A stretch of 62,952 nt of DNA, filler included, from Stramenopiles sp. TOSAG23-6 (GCA_900128565.1; 11 parts of 11 records of this genome joined end to end with filler, not necessarily neighbours in it); one strand, 5' to 3'. Shown: positions 9,421-22,282, counted from the whole stretch's first letter. Notes: generated by a model from the letters alone, not told the origin. A program made the numbers and translations.

Positions 9421-12400
9421 TATTACCACCACCACCACCACCACCACCACCAAAACTTAAAGTACGGTTTCTTTTTTTTTTATTTTTTTATTTTTTTTTA
9501 CATATTTATATTTTTTCAATAATGTTTTTTTTTCTAAATTTTATACCTAACCTAAAAAAATACAAGTTTAAATATACATTCAAAATATATATCTTGGAAC
9601 GTATTCGTCAAGCTCGCCAAAAGAATAAAAACAAGAACAATCCATCTAGTCCAAGAGCGCCTCCTAGAAAATTTGAAGATTTCCTTGTTAGTCCACTTAG
9701 GATTAAAAGGAATGATCCAATTAGGAGGGATGGTCCACTTAACGTTAGGCGACGTATAAACGTTAGTAGGGTTCCATCTTGTACGTTTTTATCATCCTGA
9801 AAAAAAATTTTTTTTTAAAAATTCATACGAAAAAAAATAGTACCTAACAAAAAACATTTTTAAATATATAATTCAATACTACATGTAATGGAACAAACGT
9901 CTCTTCAGAAGAAACTAAACCTGTAGCTGCGCACGTATCTAAATCTGCACCTGTTGTTGCTGCTGTTACTTCTGATAACGATAGTAGCTCTGATTCATCG
10001 GATTCCGATTCTAGCTCAGATGAAGAAGAAGAAAATAAACATGTAGCTGCGCATGTATCTACCAATGAAGAATTTACTTCTGAAAAAAAAAAAGTACGTT
10101 TTCATTTAAANTTTTTTTTTTANTTTCNTTNAAAANTTTTTTTTTTTAATTTTAATTGTACCAAATTCCATACCTAACCCTAAAAAACAATTCAAATATT
10201 TTTCAAATAAAATGACCTTGGCTATTATGAGAATGCAGCGCAAGATCTGGCAACTTCGCTGCGTGATAGTGGAGCATCGGATGAGCAGATCTTGCATGAA
10301 GTGGATATGGCAGTTGCGATAGCGATGTCGCAAGCGCAAGCTGTGCCGGACGCTGGGGGGCTCCCTAATGATTCGAATAGTTGTTTCATGAATGCTGTCA
10401 TGCAATTATTGTCGAGAACTAGAGAGCTTCGATCTGCCTATTTTGATAGACCATATCATCAAGGCGATCAAGACAATGAAGTGGTAAAACTATTAGTAAA
10501 AGAAGTTTCTGGGTACCTAAATGGTACAAATGAATCATGTTTAACACATATTCATGAAGTTATGAAACAACTTCAATTTATACTGTTTAAACAAGTTGGT
10601 GATCAAGAAGATGCTTTTGAGACGATTATGGAATTGAAAAAAAAATTGAGTATACCTATGAATGTTAATTTTGGCGTTATTCACCAACAGAAGACAACAG
10701 TAACTGTAATGAAAGTACTCAAAGATGTATGTTTTTTTTTTTCAATTTTGATTTTTTTTTCGTACGAAATTCTGTACCTAACAATTTTTTTTGAAATATT
10801 TTTCCAAAATACATGAAGACAAAAATGGCGCATTTGAATATAAATATGAAAATTACCCAAACGAATTATTGAAAGAACATTTTCTAGATATTCCAGTAGA
10901 AAAGATTCAACCAATTAATCTTGATGATCCTAATTCTAAATTGTATGAGTATGTAATTTTAGAAGGCGAAAAAATAAAATTTACATGGACTATATACAGG
11001 AAAGGCACTATCGAAAATTGTATTGATCCTCTAAATATTCCTTTGAATGACGACACGCCACAAAATTTTTCTTTTGAAAAATTTGTAAAAGATTCTGCAA
11101 AAGATAATCCCCGCAAATTATTAAGCGGTTTCGGATCTTTATTATCAGATGAAAATTGCGAAGAACTCAGATTTGATGATATATGTCTTAGAGAGATACG
11201 CATAGCTCAGCTGATACAAGATCTAGACAAGCTTAGTTTACAACTAGAAACTTTGTATAATCAATTTGAACCTTTGAATGGGAATGTATGTTTTAATTTT
11301 TTTTCAATTTTGAATTTTTTTTTCGTACGAAATTTTGTACCTAACAATTTTTTTTGAAATATTTTTCCAAAATACATATGAATTATTTGAAGAAAAGAAA
11401 ATGTTTTTTTTTGTGGAAAAAAGAAACCTTTGGTGGAAAAAACAACATATCTTTGGATGAACATTTGAATAATGTTCTAGAAGAAGTTGAAAAATTCATG
11501 ACAAGTGAAGCATTATATAATTCGGCGAATTTGGAGGGTTTGCAAACACAACGTGAGAATGTGGAAAAAAACGTTGATGAACTTTTAATAAAAATACATC
11601 GATTTTTTAGTATCACAGCTAATCTGAAAACAACAAAAGATGATGTTGTTAGACCGTTGGACTATTATATTGAAGATGGAGGAAGTTCGTTCGAATGTAG
11701 TTCATTGGGTATTTTAATCACTGTGGGACGTTTTAAAACAAAAACGAATGATGCTGGAGATTTCGTAGAAAAAAAAATACATACAAAGACAAAATTTGAT
11801 GATGTGCAAATATCATTAACATTTGATCAAAGTGGTATAAAAACACATGAACTTACAGCTTTTATTTCACATATCGGAAGTACTTCATCTGGTGGTCACT
11901 ATGTTGAGTATCAGAGAAAAGAAGCTAACGAAAATCCAACTGATGATTTTTACGCAAGATGTTATGATGATTCACGGGTAACTGAAGTGTCAAAGGAAGA
12001 GTTTTTAAAAAAAGCAGCAGAAGGGTATATTTTTTATTTACGCCCAATTCAGATTAACAATGTAAGTGGTGGCTATTTTTTTTTTACTTTTCATTTGCAA
12101 ATTTCAAATTTATTTTTCTAGTAAAAATTGTATTTCTAACAAAAAAAATATTTTTAATATTTTGCATCACTATATGAAGAAAAAACAAAATCAGATATTG
12201 ACCGTCCTGTACAAAACTCAAAGCTGAAAGCACTCAACCTTGTTATCAGAAAGGCACTTCCCGCTGCAGCTGCTGACACAAATGGAGCTAATGCAGGTGG
12301 TCATGTTGCTGCAGTCGCTGATACTGATAATGTTGCTATTGCTGTCGGAGATGCTGCCGGTGCTGCCGCTGACGGGGATGAAGAAAAAACAAAATCTGAT

Positions 12401-14648
12401 ATTGAGAAATTTGCGAATCGTCGTGATGCTCTTAGTGATGATATTAATGAATCGAAAGATAATGTATGTTTTGCTTGGTTGTTTTAAATTTTTCTAATAT
12501 TTCGTGATTTTTTTTTTCATACGAAATATTGTACCTAACAAAAAAAAACAATATTGAAATATATGTCTTTACAATAAATCAGATAAATATCGATGCTAAA
12601 CGTTTAAGTCGTCTTAAGACAAGAAAAACCCGAGAAAAACAAAGTCGTCCTAAGAAAAAAAAAACCCAAGAAAAACAAAGTCGTCCTAAGAAAAAAAAAC
12701 CCGAGAAAAACAAAGTCGTCGTAAGAAAAAAAAAACCCAAGAAAAACAAAGTCGTCGTAAGAAAAAAAAAAACCCAAGAAAAACACATTCGTCAGAAAGA
12801 AAAAAAGAAAATAAAAGAAGCATCAGTACCAGCAACACCAGCACCAGTGTAAGTGAATGACCGTTCATTTCAAATTTATAATTTACAATTTTTTTTTATA
12901 CAAAATTTTGTACCTAATAGAAAACCAAATTAATATTCTAACAAAATAACAGTATAAAAAATTCATCGTCATCGTCATCGTCCGCTTTTGAAAGTCCTTT
13001 GCCATTGCCCTCTTCAAAATCTTTCCATGTTGAAACTTCATCTTCTGATACTAATTATGATGAGACAAAGAAAACAAAGAAGAAAAAAACAAAAAAAAAA
13101 CCTGAAAACAAAATTGAAGATGAAGACCCTAGCTCTACGTAAGTGATCATTATTCATTCCAAATTTACAATTTTATTTTTTTTTTCATACGAAATTTTGT
13201 ACCTAACAAAAAAAAAATATATTTTAACAAAAACAACAGTGAAAATAGTACTGATACTTCCTCTTCTTCTTCTGGAACTTCGTCTGATGATAACCTTGTG
13301 GTTGAAGCAAATGGCGAAAAATATGTTTTGAATGACGATTTCAAGACAAATTTTACAGAAGACAGAGATGAGATAACTATCAAAACAGGAAATCTTAAAA
13401 ATAATTGGAAGAATTTCACGTATTACTACAATGTAGAATATTGTGAAAAGCGAAATAAATATAGATCAGTTTTTAGGAAAAATACGCATTTCGACAAATC
13501 CATAGACGCTGCTAATTTAAGTGATAAAATTGCAAGAGTTTATAATAGAAAAAACTCCAACAACAGTAACAACTCTGCCCGAAAAATTNACGATNGNAAA
13601 AAAAAANTTNAATNAAAGACCAAGAAAAAATAACCCTTATACTGGATGCACATACAATGAAGGAACTGGTACATATTCTTATAGAATACAATCTAGAGGA
13701 GAAACACCCATAACTAGACATGGTTTTGAAACTATTCAGGCTGCTGCCAAAGCTAGGGATAAGAAGGTAAAACGTCTTCAAACTAATAAACCAATTGGTA
13801 GTGTGAGACAAACCTTCAACTCCAAAGGTAATTTAATTAAATGCACACCTGCAACAACAGAAGAAAAAAGGTATGTTTCATTATGAATTTTTTACGATTT
13901 TTTTATACAACATTTTGAACCTAACAAATTACCCTTTTGACATATTTTTGTACATTGTGGAGTGCATACACGCACTGTTAGGCGAGTTAAGGCAGCACAA
14001 AAGTCTATAGATGATATAAATAAAGAGACTAATAGAAAAAAACAAAAGAAAAACAACAACAAAAAAAAAAAAAGTAACGCAATAAAAAAGGAAAACAAAA
14101 GAAGAAAAAAATATAGTTTTCGAGAACACCAAAAATGTCCGGTTCGAAAGCCTATAAATGAACGTGTTGATCTTCAAGCTGCGGTATGTCATGATAAGTG
14201 TTATAAAACTGTGACAAAATATTGTAGAGATATATGTCAATTGTGTCATGGTCATAAAGAATGGTACAAATATGACCATAATGACATTGACAATCAATTA
14301 GTGATGGAACACTACATAGAGCTGCGTCACTATTTTCCTATCCTTGAATATAGTGACAAAGCTTGTTGGGATGCTTTGTATTATAAAGGAATAGTAATAA
14401 TGTCCTCTAAAATGAATAGTTGGAAGCTAAACAAGTGTCGACCCAGACATCTTGTTCCCAGAAAAATCTTCATAAGGATGAGTCTAAAACAAAAAGCTTT
14501 GGAGTACTTTCGATTAAAGTACTATTTTGATAATAGAAATAAAGAGGGATTTGAAGTTCAAAACTATGAAGATGATTATGATAAAGACGGAAACATGAAG
14601 GATGAGTGTAAAGAGAAAATTAAGTCATTAATTAAGCATTTGGAATAA
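8236..14648 (+). CDS. Large ~15-exon gene: low-complexity N-terminus, UIM-like motif, USP catalytic domain, Lys-rich repeats, AP2-like domain(s)
   Basis: Cys box GLPNDSNSCFMNAVMQLL, QEDAFE, His box HIGSTSSGGHYV, YDDSRV; EQILHEVDMAVAIAMS; YTGCTY...YSYRI...GFETIQAAAKARD. Exons chain in frame through family introns (e.g. 8539-8633, 10727-10814, 11286-11377). Frames near 12650-12780, 13590-13615 and the last intron are uncertain. Confidence 0.7.
8742..9640 (+). repeat. Tandem duplication of a two-intron exon module (8742-9164 and 9205-9640)
   Basis: Near-identical intron and exon sequence in both copies, e.g. AATATAGATTAAAAATACAGGAGAAAAAAAC and CATTCAAAATATATATCTTGGAACG. Confidence 0.9.
12622..12790 (+). 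repeat. ~33-bp coding tandem repeat, about 5 copies
   Basis: Repeated AAAACCC(A/G)AGAAAAACAAAGTCGTC(C/G)TAAG. Confidence 0.85.
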
Positions 14649-14845
14649 AGTCAATTAATTTAAAGTTTAATAATTTTTTTGTTTGTATATTTTTTCTACC
14701 TCCTGATAATAAGAATTTGGAAGCTTCAGAAGTTCAGACTCAGAGTCTTCTTCTTGTGTAATAAATAATATGTACTAGCCTACTAGACTATAGAGTCATA
14801 TGTCCTCCGTCCTGAGAGACTATCTCTTGCAGTGTAATACGTTAT

Positions 14846-14945
14846 NNNNNNNNNNNNNNNNNNNNNNNNNNNNNNNNNNNNNNNNNNNNTTAATTAATTA
14901 ANNNNNNNNNNNNNNNNNNNNNNNNNNNNNNNNNNNNNNNNNNNN
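14846..14945. other. Artificial contig spacer
   Basis: N44-TTAATTAATTAA-N44. Confidence 0.98.
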
Positions 14946-14989
<44 letters not shown>

Positions 14990-15013
14990 TCGAAATTCAC
15001 AATGAAGACGTAC

Positions 15014-16930
15014 ATGTTTTGGTCTAGTCGATAATGAGTCGGTGTTAGATTTATTAGAGTTATTAGGTGTACTACTACATGATTCATTATTTTGTTCAAA
15101 AATGTTTTTTCCGTCACGTCGTCTATTTGTACAATCAAGAGAACTCCCACATATATTGTGAAAAATATTTTTTTAATTCGTTAGGTACAAAATTTCGTAC
15201 GAAAACAAAACTAAATTCGAAATTGAAAAAAATAAAACATACGTCTTTTTTTTTGTATATTTTCATCCTTTTTCTCACGTGATCGACTCTTTCGACTAGA
15301 TAATTGTGAGGTATCTGAATCATTTTCAACTTTCATATTTTTTGTTTTTTCTGTTGTTTCTGTTTTTTCATTTTTTTTCATTTTTTTTGGTATATTTGGT
15401 TGATATGGATCCACTTGCCAAACTAAAACAAGGCCATCTTCACCACCAGTAGCTAAATAATGCCCAGAATGAGAAAATTGCATAGTATAGATTGCACCTG
15501 AATGAGCTTGAATTTTTTGTATTTCACGAATTCTTGGCCACTCTCGAACAGATTTATTTTCACAATGTGTTCTTTTATAAGAAAATGTTGGGTCTCGACC
15601 CCAAGCTCTTGCTTCCTCAGTTGACCAATTGGCAGGTTTGTCCGCACCAAATAAACGCCCAAATGCAGAAGTTCTAAGAGACCACTTATTTTGAACTCGA
15701 AAACCTCTACTACGAGCGATAGGACTATCATTTTTAACATTTTTTCCAGATCCACGTTCAGAATCAGTTGATGCGCTACGATTTCGTGATTCAACTTCAT
15801 CACAACCTTCTAATAAAGCAATTTCTTCTTGTGATCTTTTTTTATCACGTTTTGTAAAAGTAGAATATCGATGTAATGGTTGATGTTTTTCAACATCATT
15901 AATATGAAAGCGTATCTGCTCATCTTGATCAGTCACTAAGTATTTAGGGTCAACATTATCAGTACCGTACATGTATTGTGAAAAAACACGAAATCACAAA
16001 AATAATTGTTAGGTACGAAATTACGTACGAAAAAAAAATAAATTCGAAATCCATAATGGAAACGTACACACCTTGGCTTTCATGTAAACAATCATTCATG
16101 TCTTTATCCCGTTTTTCAGAATCAATACAAACTTTACTTTCCTGTCTTTGCAATTTGTGTTTTTTTTCAAATTGACTATTTTTTCTAGGAGATACTGGTG
16201 GTGGTGTATCACTCTTTATCTTAAATGGACTATTTTTTCTAGGAGATACTGGTGGTGGTGTATCACTCTTTATCTTACTATTTTTTACACGGTTACTATT
16301 TTTTTTAGGTGATACTGGTGGTTTACCTATACAATTATGTATTGGCTTTTTTTGTGTATGACTAGCATCATGACGTTGTAAAACTTTTACACTACTATTT
16401 TTCCGTAGAGCTACACCACTTGTAAATAAAGAGTCAATTGTGTCACTACTAGTAAATGAAGAGGCCGTTGCATCTCCAGAATTTTCTGAATGATGTGTCG
16501 AAAATTCTTGATCGTTTTTCACGCTCTTATTTTCCCTCTTCTCATTCATATTATCACGAACAGATACACTTTGATCATTCAAATCGCTCTTGTCTATTTG
16601 TTGAATGTCACTGTTGCTGTTTTTTTTGACGTAATAAGTATGAAATTCTGTAAGTGAGACAACGCCATCCTTGTCTTCGTCTATATTATTAAAAAGTTCT
16701 GTCAGTGACATTTTCTCATCTGCCGTTGCATTAGGTCTATTTGATTCAAATGAATCACGTGGTTTATGATTATTAGACGAGGTTCCATTCAAAGGACGTT
16801 TCTGTGCTTTTATACTTTTAGAACGACTATCTAAATTGTTTTTGTGTGTTGAAGCTATATGAGACTCAGATTCAGACTCTACCTCCGACTCTGCGGATTC
16901 AAACTCATCAAACAAATCATCTCCATCCAT
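15014..16930 (-). CDS. WDR44-like WD40 protein with an N-terminal EF-hand-like motif, 3'-truncated
   Basis: DEFESA N-terminal motif, DEDKDGVVSLTEF, QKIQAHSGAIYTMQFSHSGHYLATGGEDGLVLVW; GT...AT introns (e.g. 15971-16067). Confidence 0.75.
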
Positions 16931-17678
16931 ACTAATAGATTATAGGATATAAAAACACCACCAATAGACTACTTTGAGAATGCCCCCGCCTTGCAAAATT
17001 ATTCTCACGCAACGCTCGGTAACAGTGCTTGAAAAAACGAAAAAACAGATGGTGAGAGAACTTTTTCTGAAACTGGTTTTTTTTGTTGTCGGACCAAACG
17101 CAAACTTTCCATAAAAAATTCATAAATTCAATAATTAATTATTGTGAGAATTTCGAAATTAAAAAAAATTCACAAGTGAAAAAAATTTAATCAATCAAGG
17201 GAGAAAAAACAACATATAAGAATATTACATACAAAAGTAGTACAGACAAAAAACATTTAATTGATAAAGCTAATTATCTATAAAATCTCGTTCAACAGAG
17301 TTGCAAATTTCAAAACTTCAAATCACAAATATGAAAAAATCATTTTTTTGTTTTTTTTGTTTTTGAAAATAATAACTAATTTTGTATCATTATATCGTAG
17401 TAAATGATTGGGTAGCCACCTACGCAACCTGGCCCCGACCAAAGGCCTTCCCTCACATCACACGCATATATGAAATAAAAATCAGCTCGACTATATTTTG
17501 TATACACATAATACAAAAAGTATAAAAAATTATACAAAAAGTATAAAAATTATACACCTCATAGTACAATCATGTAAACAAAAATAAGTCTACCAAAATG
17601 AAAACACAACTCTCTACTACTTAAAACAGTAGAAAAGTTGTATTGTTCATTATGATTCATAAATTATACGAAAATAAC

Positions 17679-18452
17679 TTATTCAGCCTTGACAGCAAGG
17701 AAATCAGTATGTTCTTGGTATGGAGATTGCATAAAATGAGTTTCAGACCAAAGTTCAGGTGACAAGTAGCTGTAACTTTTACGTAACGCATAAAATGTAG
17801 CCTTGATAAAATTACCACCGGTTCGTGTATGCCCACGAGCGGATGTGTATACATCACTAATACCAGCCATAGAAAGAAGTTTCTTGGTGATTGGAGCAGC
17901 GACAATACCGGTACCACGTGGAGCAGGGATGAGACGAACACGGACTGAACCAGATTTACCTGTAAGTTTCATTGGTACAGTGTGAGGAAGTCCCATTTTA
18001 GAACCCCAGTAACCACGACGGACTGGAATGCATGAAATCTTTGCAAGAATGATAGCACCACGGATTGAGGTAGCAACTTCTGCGGAACATTTCATACCAA
18101 GACCAATGTGTCCATTGCTGTCACCAACGGCGACAAAAGCCTTAAAGCGAGTACGTTGACCAGCACGGGTTTGCTTCTGGACAGGCATGATTTCCATGAC
18201 TTCATCCTTAAGAGAATCTCCGAGAAATTGATCGACAATTTGGTACTCCTTAATTGGGAGAGAGAATAGGTAGATCTGCTCGAGGCGTTTGATCTTTCCT
18301 TCCTTCACGAGACGTCCAAGTTTGGTGACTGGTGTCCACTCATCTTTGTCAGAACGTCCACGTCCACGACCGCGTCCNCGACCACGTCCACGTCCTCGGC
18401 CACCACGGCCACCAGCACCACGTCCAAAACCTCCTCTTCCTGCGTCAGCCAT
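17679..18452 (-). CDS. RPS2: 40S ribosomal protein S2 (uS5), intronless
   Basis: RG-rich N-terminus, [36 protein letters not shown]. Confidence 0.98.
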   Translation of the reverse strand: MADAGRGGFGRGAGGRGGRGRGRGXGRGRGRGRSDKDEWTPVTKLGRLVKEGKIKRLEQIYLFSLPIKEYQIVDQFLGDSLKDEVMEIMPVQKQTRAGQRTRFKAFVAVGDSNGHIGLGMKCSAEVATSIRGAIILAKISCIPVRRGYWGSKMGLPHTVPMKLTGKSGSVRVRLIPAPRGTGIVAAPITKKLLSMAGISDVYTSARGHTRTGGNFIKATFYALRKSYSYLSPELWSETHFMQSPYQEHTDFLAVKAE

Positions 18453-18825
18453 TATATATGTATGTCTTTTACTTTATTTGCAACAACTGGTCGAGTTGAT
18501 CACGCGAAAAAGCGGAAACAAACAACGAAGGCACAACAACAAACACAACCACACGCGAGGCAAAAAAAATAAATGAGCTCACTCTATTTTTTTTTGTTAA
18601 GTACAAATNTTCGTACCAAAAGTCCAAAACTATATTTTCTGTCATGTCCATAATCGATTCGCGCGAGTCGACATCATCAGAAACTCCATCATCATGACTT
18701 TCTTAGTGTTGTGCTTTGCATAAACTCTTATTGTTACGGTGTAGAAAGATTCCCTTTTTGATTAAGCATACAGATTTATTAGTTATCGATATATAGTTGT
18801 GTAATACACAGAAATCTCCGCTACC

Positions 18826-20325
18826 ATGAGTTTAGCGATGGATCTCCAACTCGAAGTTAGAAAAATGCCTGGGAATAAAGTCTGTGCTGACTGCCCTGCT
18901 AGGAATCCACAGTGGGCAAGTGTTTCACACGGTACTCTTATATGTTTAGAATGCAGTGGTAAGCATAGATCTCTTGGTGTTCACATTTCATTTGTTCGTT
19001 CACTGCAAATGGACTCATGGAATGAAAAACAAATTAAATCATTAAAGTATGGCGGTAACAAAAAACTCAACAAATTTTTAAAAGCTCATGGCGTTCCTGT
19101 TGAAAAGCTTAGTATAAAAGAAAAATATGATAATCCCACTGCTGAAGCATTCAGAGAACGTATCTCTGCTCGTATTAGTGGAGACAAAGATTATTCTTCT
19201 ATCGAAATCCCAATGTATAATGCAACTCAATCTCGCGCTCCAATCAAAAAGAAGAAAGAAAAAGACTTTGCAAGCGCTCCACCCAATGACAGAAAACGCA
19301 TGGAAGAAGAAGCAAGAGAACGAATGCGAAAAAAGTTTGGCAAATCTACAGGCTTAGGTAGTAATGGTGCTTTTTCCAATCAAGCTGTTGGAAGTCATGG
19401 ATTGCACCATGAATCTTCTTCTCAAAGATCAAATTATAAAAAAGATTGGTTTTCTTCCATGGGAACAGCAGTGACTCAATTAGGCTCTCGTGCAGCTGCA
19501 ACAGCCCAGGCTGCTGTAAATAGTCAAAGTTCTAGTGGTTGGAGTGATTGGGCATCTAATTTGGCATCTAAAGCAAGTGAACGTGCTCGTGCTGCTGCTG
19601 GTGTCGTGAAATCGGCAACTAGTACACAAGAATCGACACCAACGTTATACAGGAGGGAAGGTGTGTCTGATTTTCCGAAACTGTATAATCGTGATCTGAA
19701 TAATACAAAACATGGTCAAATGGGTAAAGTAATGACAGGTATCGGTGGTGGTGGGGATGGTATCTCTAATAGTGAGGGTATAGATTCAAAAAATATGAAA
19801 AAATATAGCAAAAATGGAGTTAAGAAACCTAACCATAACAGTGTAAAGAGTGCCTGGCTGGATAGTTCTAATGATACTTGGGGTGATGACTTTGGCTGGG
19901 ACGATATGGAAGATATTGACACAAATAAAAAAGGTAAAACAAAAAAATCTTTGAAGTCAGTAGCATCTACCGGTAATACTTTGAATACTAATAATAAAAC
20001 TCCTTCTGTAGATAAGATACAATCTACAAATTCCTCTACAAAATCCATAAAAACAAAAAAAATAAAAAAAAAAGGTAAAAAACGTCCGAGTAATTTGACG
20101 TCATCATCTTCAAGTACAGGTCATGGTCATATGGTGAAATCACCACGGTGTGCACGAAATACAAAAAGTTTTATGGAGGATGACTTTTTTTCAGATGTAC
20201 ATTTGGCGAGCTCTCTCTCAGAATCAATGAATGATTTGAATACAACACAAACTACACGAAATATGCATGAAAAGAAAAAACAAATAATGGATACAGAAGA
20301 TGACTTTTTTAATAGTGACTGGTGA
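18826..20325 (+). CDS. ADP-ribosylation factor GTPase-activating protein (ArfGAP1-like)
   Basis: CADC...NPQWASV...CLECSGKHRSLGVHISFVRSLQMDSW zinc finger. Confidence 0.93.
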   Translation: MSLAMDLQLEVRKMPGNKVCADCPARNPQWASVSHGTLICLECSGKHRSLGVHISFVRSLQMDSWNEKQIKSLKYGGNKKLNKFLKAHGVPVEKLSIKEKYDNPTAEAFRERISARISGDKDYSSIEIPMYNATQSRAPIKKKKEKDFASAPPNDRKRMEEEARERMRKKFGKSTGLGSNGAFSNQAVGSHGLHHESSSQRSNYKKDWFSSMGTAVTQLGSRAAATAQAAVNSQSSSGWSDWASNLASKASERARAAAGVVKSATSTQESTPTLYRREGVSDFPKLYNRDLNNTKHGQMGKVMTGIGGGGDGISNSEGIDSKNMKKYSKNGVKKPNHNSVKSAWLDSSNDTWGDDFGWDDMEDIDTNKKGKTKKSLKSVASTGNTLNTNNKTPSVDKIQSTNSSTKSIKTKKIKKKGKKRPSNLTSSSSSTGHGHMVKSPRCARNTKSFMEDDFFSDVHLASSLSESMNDLNTTQTTRNMHEKKKQIMDTEDDFFNSDW

Positions 20326-20329
20326 ATAC

Positions 20330-20448
20330 GTAGTGTTGTACGCATTGTGAAATTCCGTACCAATTTTTTGTACTTTTTTGTACTTTAAAAAAAAATGAAA
20401 ATTAGGTACAAAAAATGGTACAGAATCTCACAATGCGTACAACACTAC
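20330..20448. mobile_element. 119-bp MITE-like foldback element with 10-bp flanking direct repeat
   Basis: Perfect 21-bp TIR GTAGTGTTGTACGCATTGTGA / TCACAATGCGTACAACACTAC, extending imperfectly to ~44 bp; flanks TGGTGAATAC (20320-20329) and TGGTGAAGAC (20449-20458). Confidence 0.8.
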
Positions 20449-20676
20449 TGGTGAAGACAGATATGTATAAAGATATTGGAAAAAAAAAAAAGAGTTTGTA
20501 AAAAAAGTTTTACATTTAGTTTGATAAATATATCAATCACATAAATATCCAAAATTATATATAGATCATTATTTTTATTGTTTTAAAAATAAGTTTTCAA
20601 TTTTCAAAATATAGAATGAAACAAATTTCTTGTTACTTTTGAAAAGATTATTTACCATTACATTTATGAAATTTCA

Positions 20677-22282
20677 TCATGTGTTATTATGTCTAGATTG
20701 TAATTCAATATATTTACCACGTAATGAAGTTGCATTGTGTGAACTTCGTGCTAAACCACTTCTCATTCGTTGAAATCTTGTTTTTTGTTCTTTTGGCAAA
20801 CATCCGTGTCTCAGAAGTGAACTACTAGTAACAACAGTATTATTACTATTATCATTATTACTTGTTTTTATATGAGCTTCATAAAATCTTTCCAACCAAC
20901 CATACTGTGATTGAGTCACCATAGTTGATTTAACTTGAGATTGATCAAAACCACCAATTGTAGATGATAGACATAAACTCTGAGAAGGGGACCAGACAGC
21001 ACTTTCAATACCATTACTACTAAGTGAATGATTCATACCATTATTAGAGGTATATGCGCTGTAATTTATACTACTACTATACTGTTTAGCATTTTCATTT
21101 GTGTTGTTAGATATATTTTCCAATATAACAGATTCTCTGAATTCTGATAAAGATTTGAGCATATCTTCACCACCATGTGACAAAGAAGGAGACCAATCAG
21201 GATGTTGTGTAACAAAAGATAAAAAAGATTTTTCCATTTTTCCATTCTTTGCAATAAGATCAGTATTATTGATAGTACCACCAATTACACCATTACCTTC
21301 ACCGTCTATTCTTGATTTTTTACCTGCATATTTTTCATCACCAAATTTTTCAAAATCAAATAATGAATATCCACAAACATGACCTAACCCATCAATATTA
21401 ACAGTATAATCACGAACAAAAGCACATATATCTTCAGCACACGAGGGAAGAGAAAATAAAAGTATAAAAGGAGCAACTACTACCGACGAAACTTCCATTA
21501 AAAATAAGACAACTTTGTACCTGTACATTGTCAACAAATCATCTCTTGTATCATAAGAAGATTCTTTATTCCTCCATCGATCTGGCATGTAATGTGTATC
21601 ATTCACCAACTTGTAAAATACTGCAGCAGGATCTTCACGATTTGAAGTATGAATATTTGGAACAAAACTTCGAGCTACAGCCAATATTCCAGTAAATATT
21701 GCAACATACCAAAACAAATTTCTCTCCATAAAATTTACTTGTAATAAAATATGCTCATCTAAAAAAGTAAAAAATAGCAGTAGCCCTAAGAGAGAGCCGA
21801 CAATGAAGGAGATAAATCTTGACATTATTGTTATTGCCGGCGTTGGAAATAATTTTTCATAATCATTTGCGGCCTTGTAAGATCGATTCAACCGCAACTC
21901 AAACACATGAGGAAGTTCATTAAATTCACGAAATTTCCAGCGAGCGAGAGGCGACCATTCCCTGGGTCCTAGATAATCCCGTTTAGTATGAAATTCTTCA
22001 GCATTTCGCATAAAGAAATACACAACAGAAAATATCAAAATAAATGGCATTAGAATAAAATTCAGTATAGCAACGAGAATAAATCGCCATTTCAAAGCAT
22101 CTACATTGTGTATAAAGTTCTGTTGTATGAAAAATTGATCAGTGAATAAATGATTCAGTATACAAAACCGAATATTCCATTGTAAATGTATTTTAGGAAA
22201 ATATTTTCATGTTTTTTTTGTTAGGTACAAAATTTCGTACGAAATATAAATAAATTTAAAATTGATCCTGAAAACATACATG
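20677..22282 (-). CDS. ATG9: Autophagy protein ATG9, 5'-truncated
   Basis: REWSPLARWKFREFNELPHVFELRLNRSY, THYMPDRW, GHVCGYSLFDF, GKMEKSFLSF; GT...AT intron 22186-22279. Confidence 0.93.

Noticed and set aside
11321-11345. Palindromic ~25-nt repeat resembling a CRISPR repeat
   Set aside because: Dispersed, usually one per intron, with no regular spacers and no cas genes; eukaryotic context
17405-17465. GC-rich island downstream of RPS2
   Set aside because: No identifiable ncRNA boxes or convincing structure by eye
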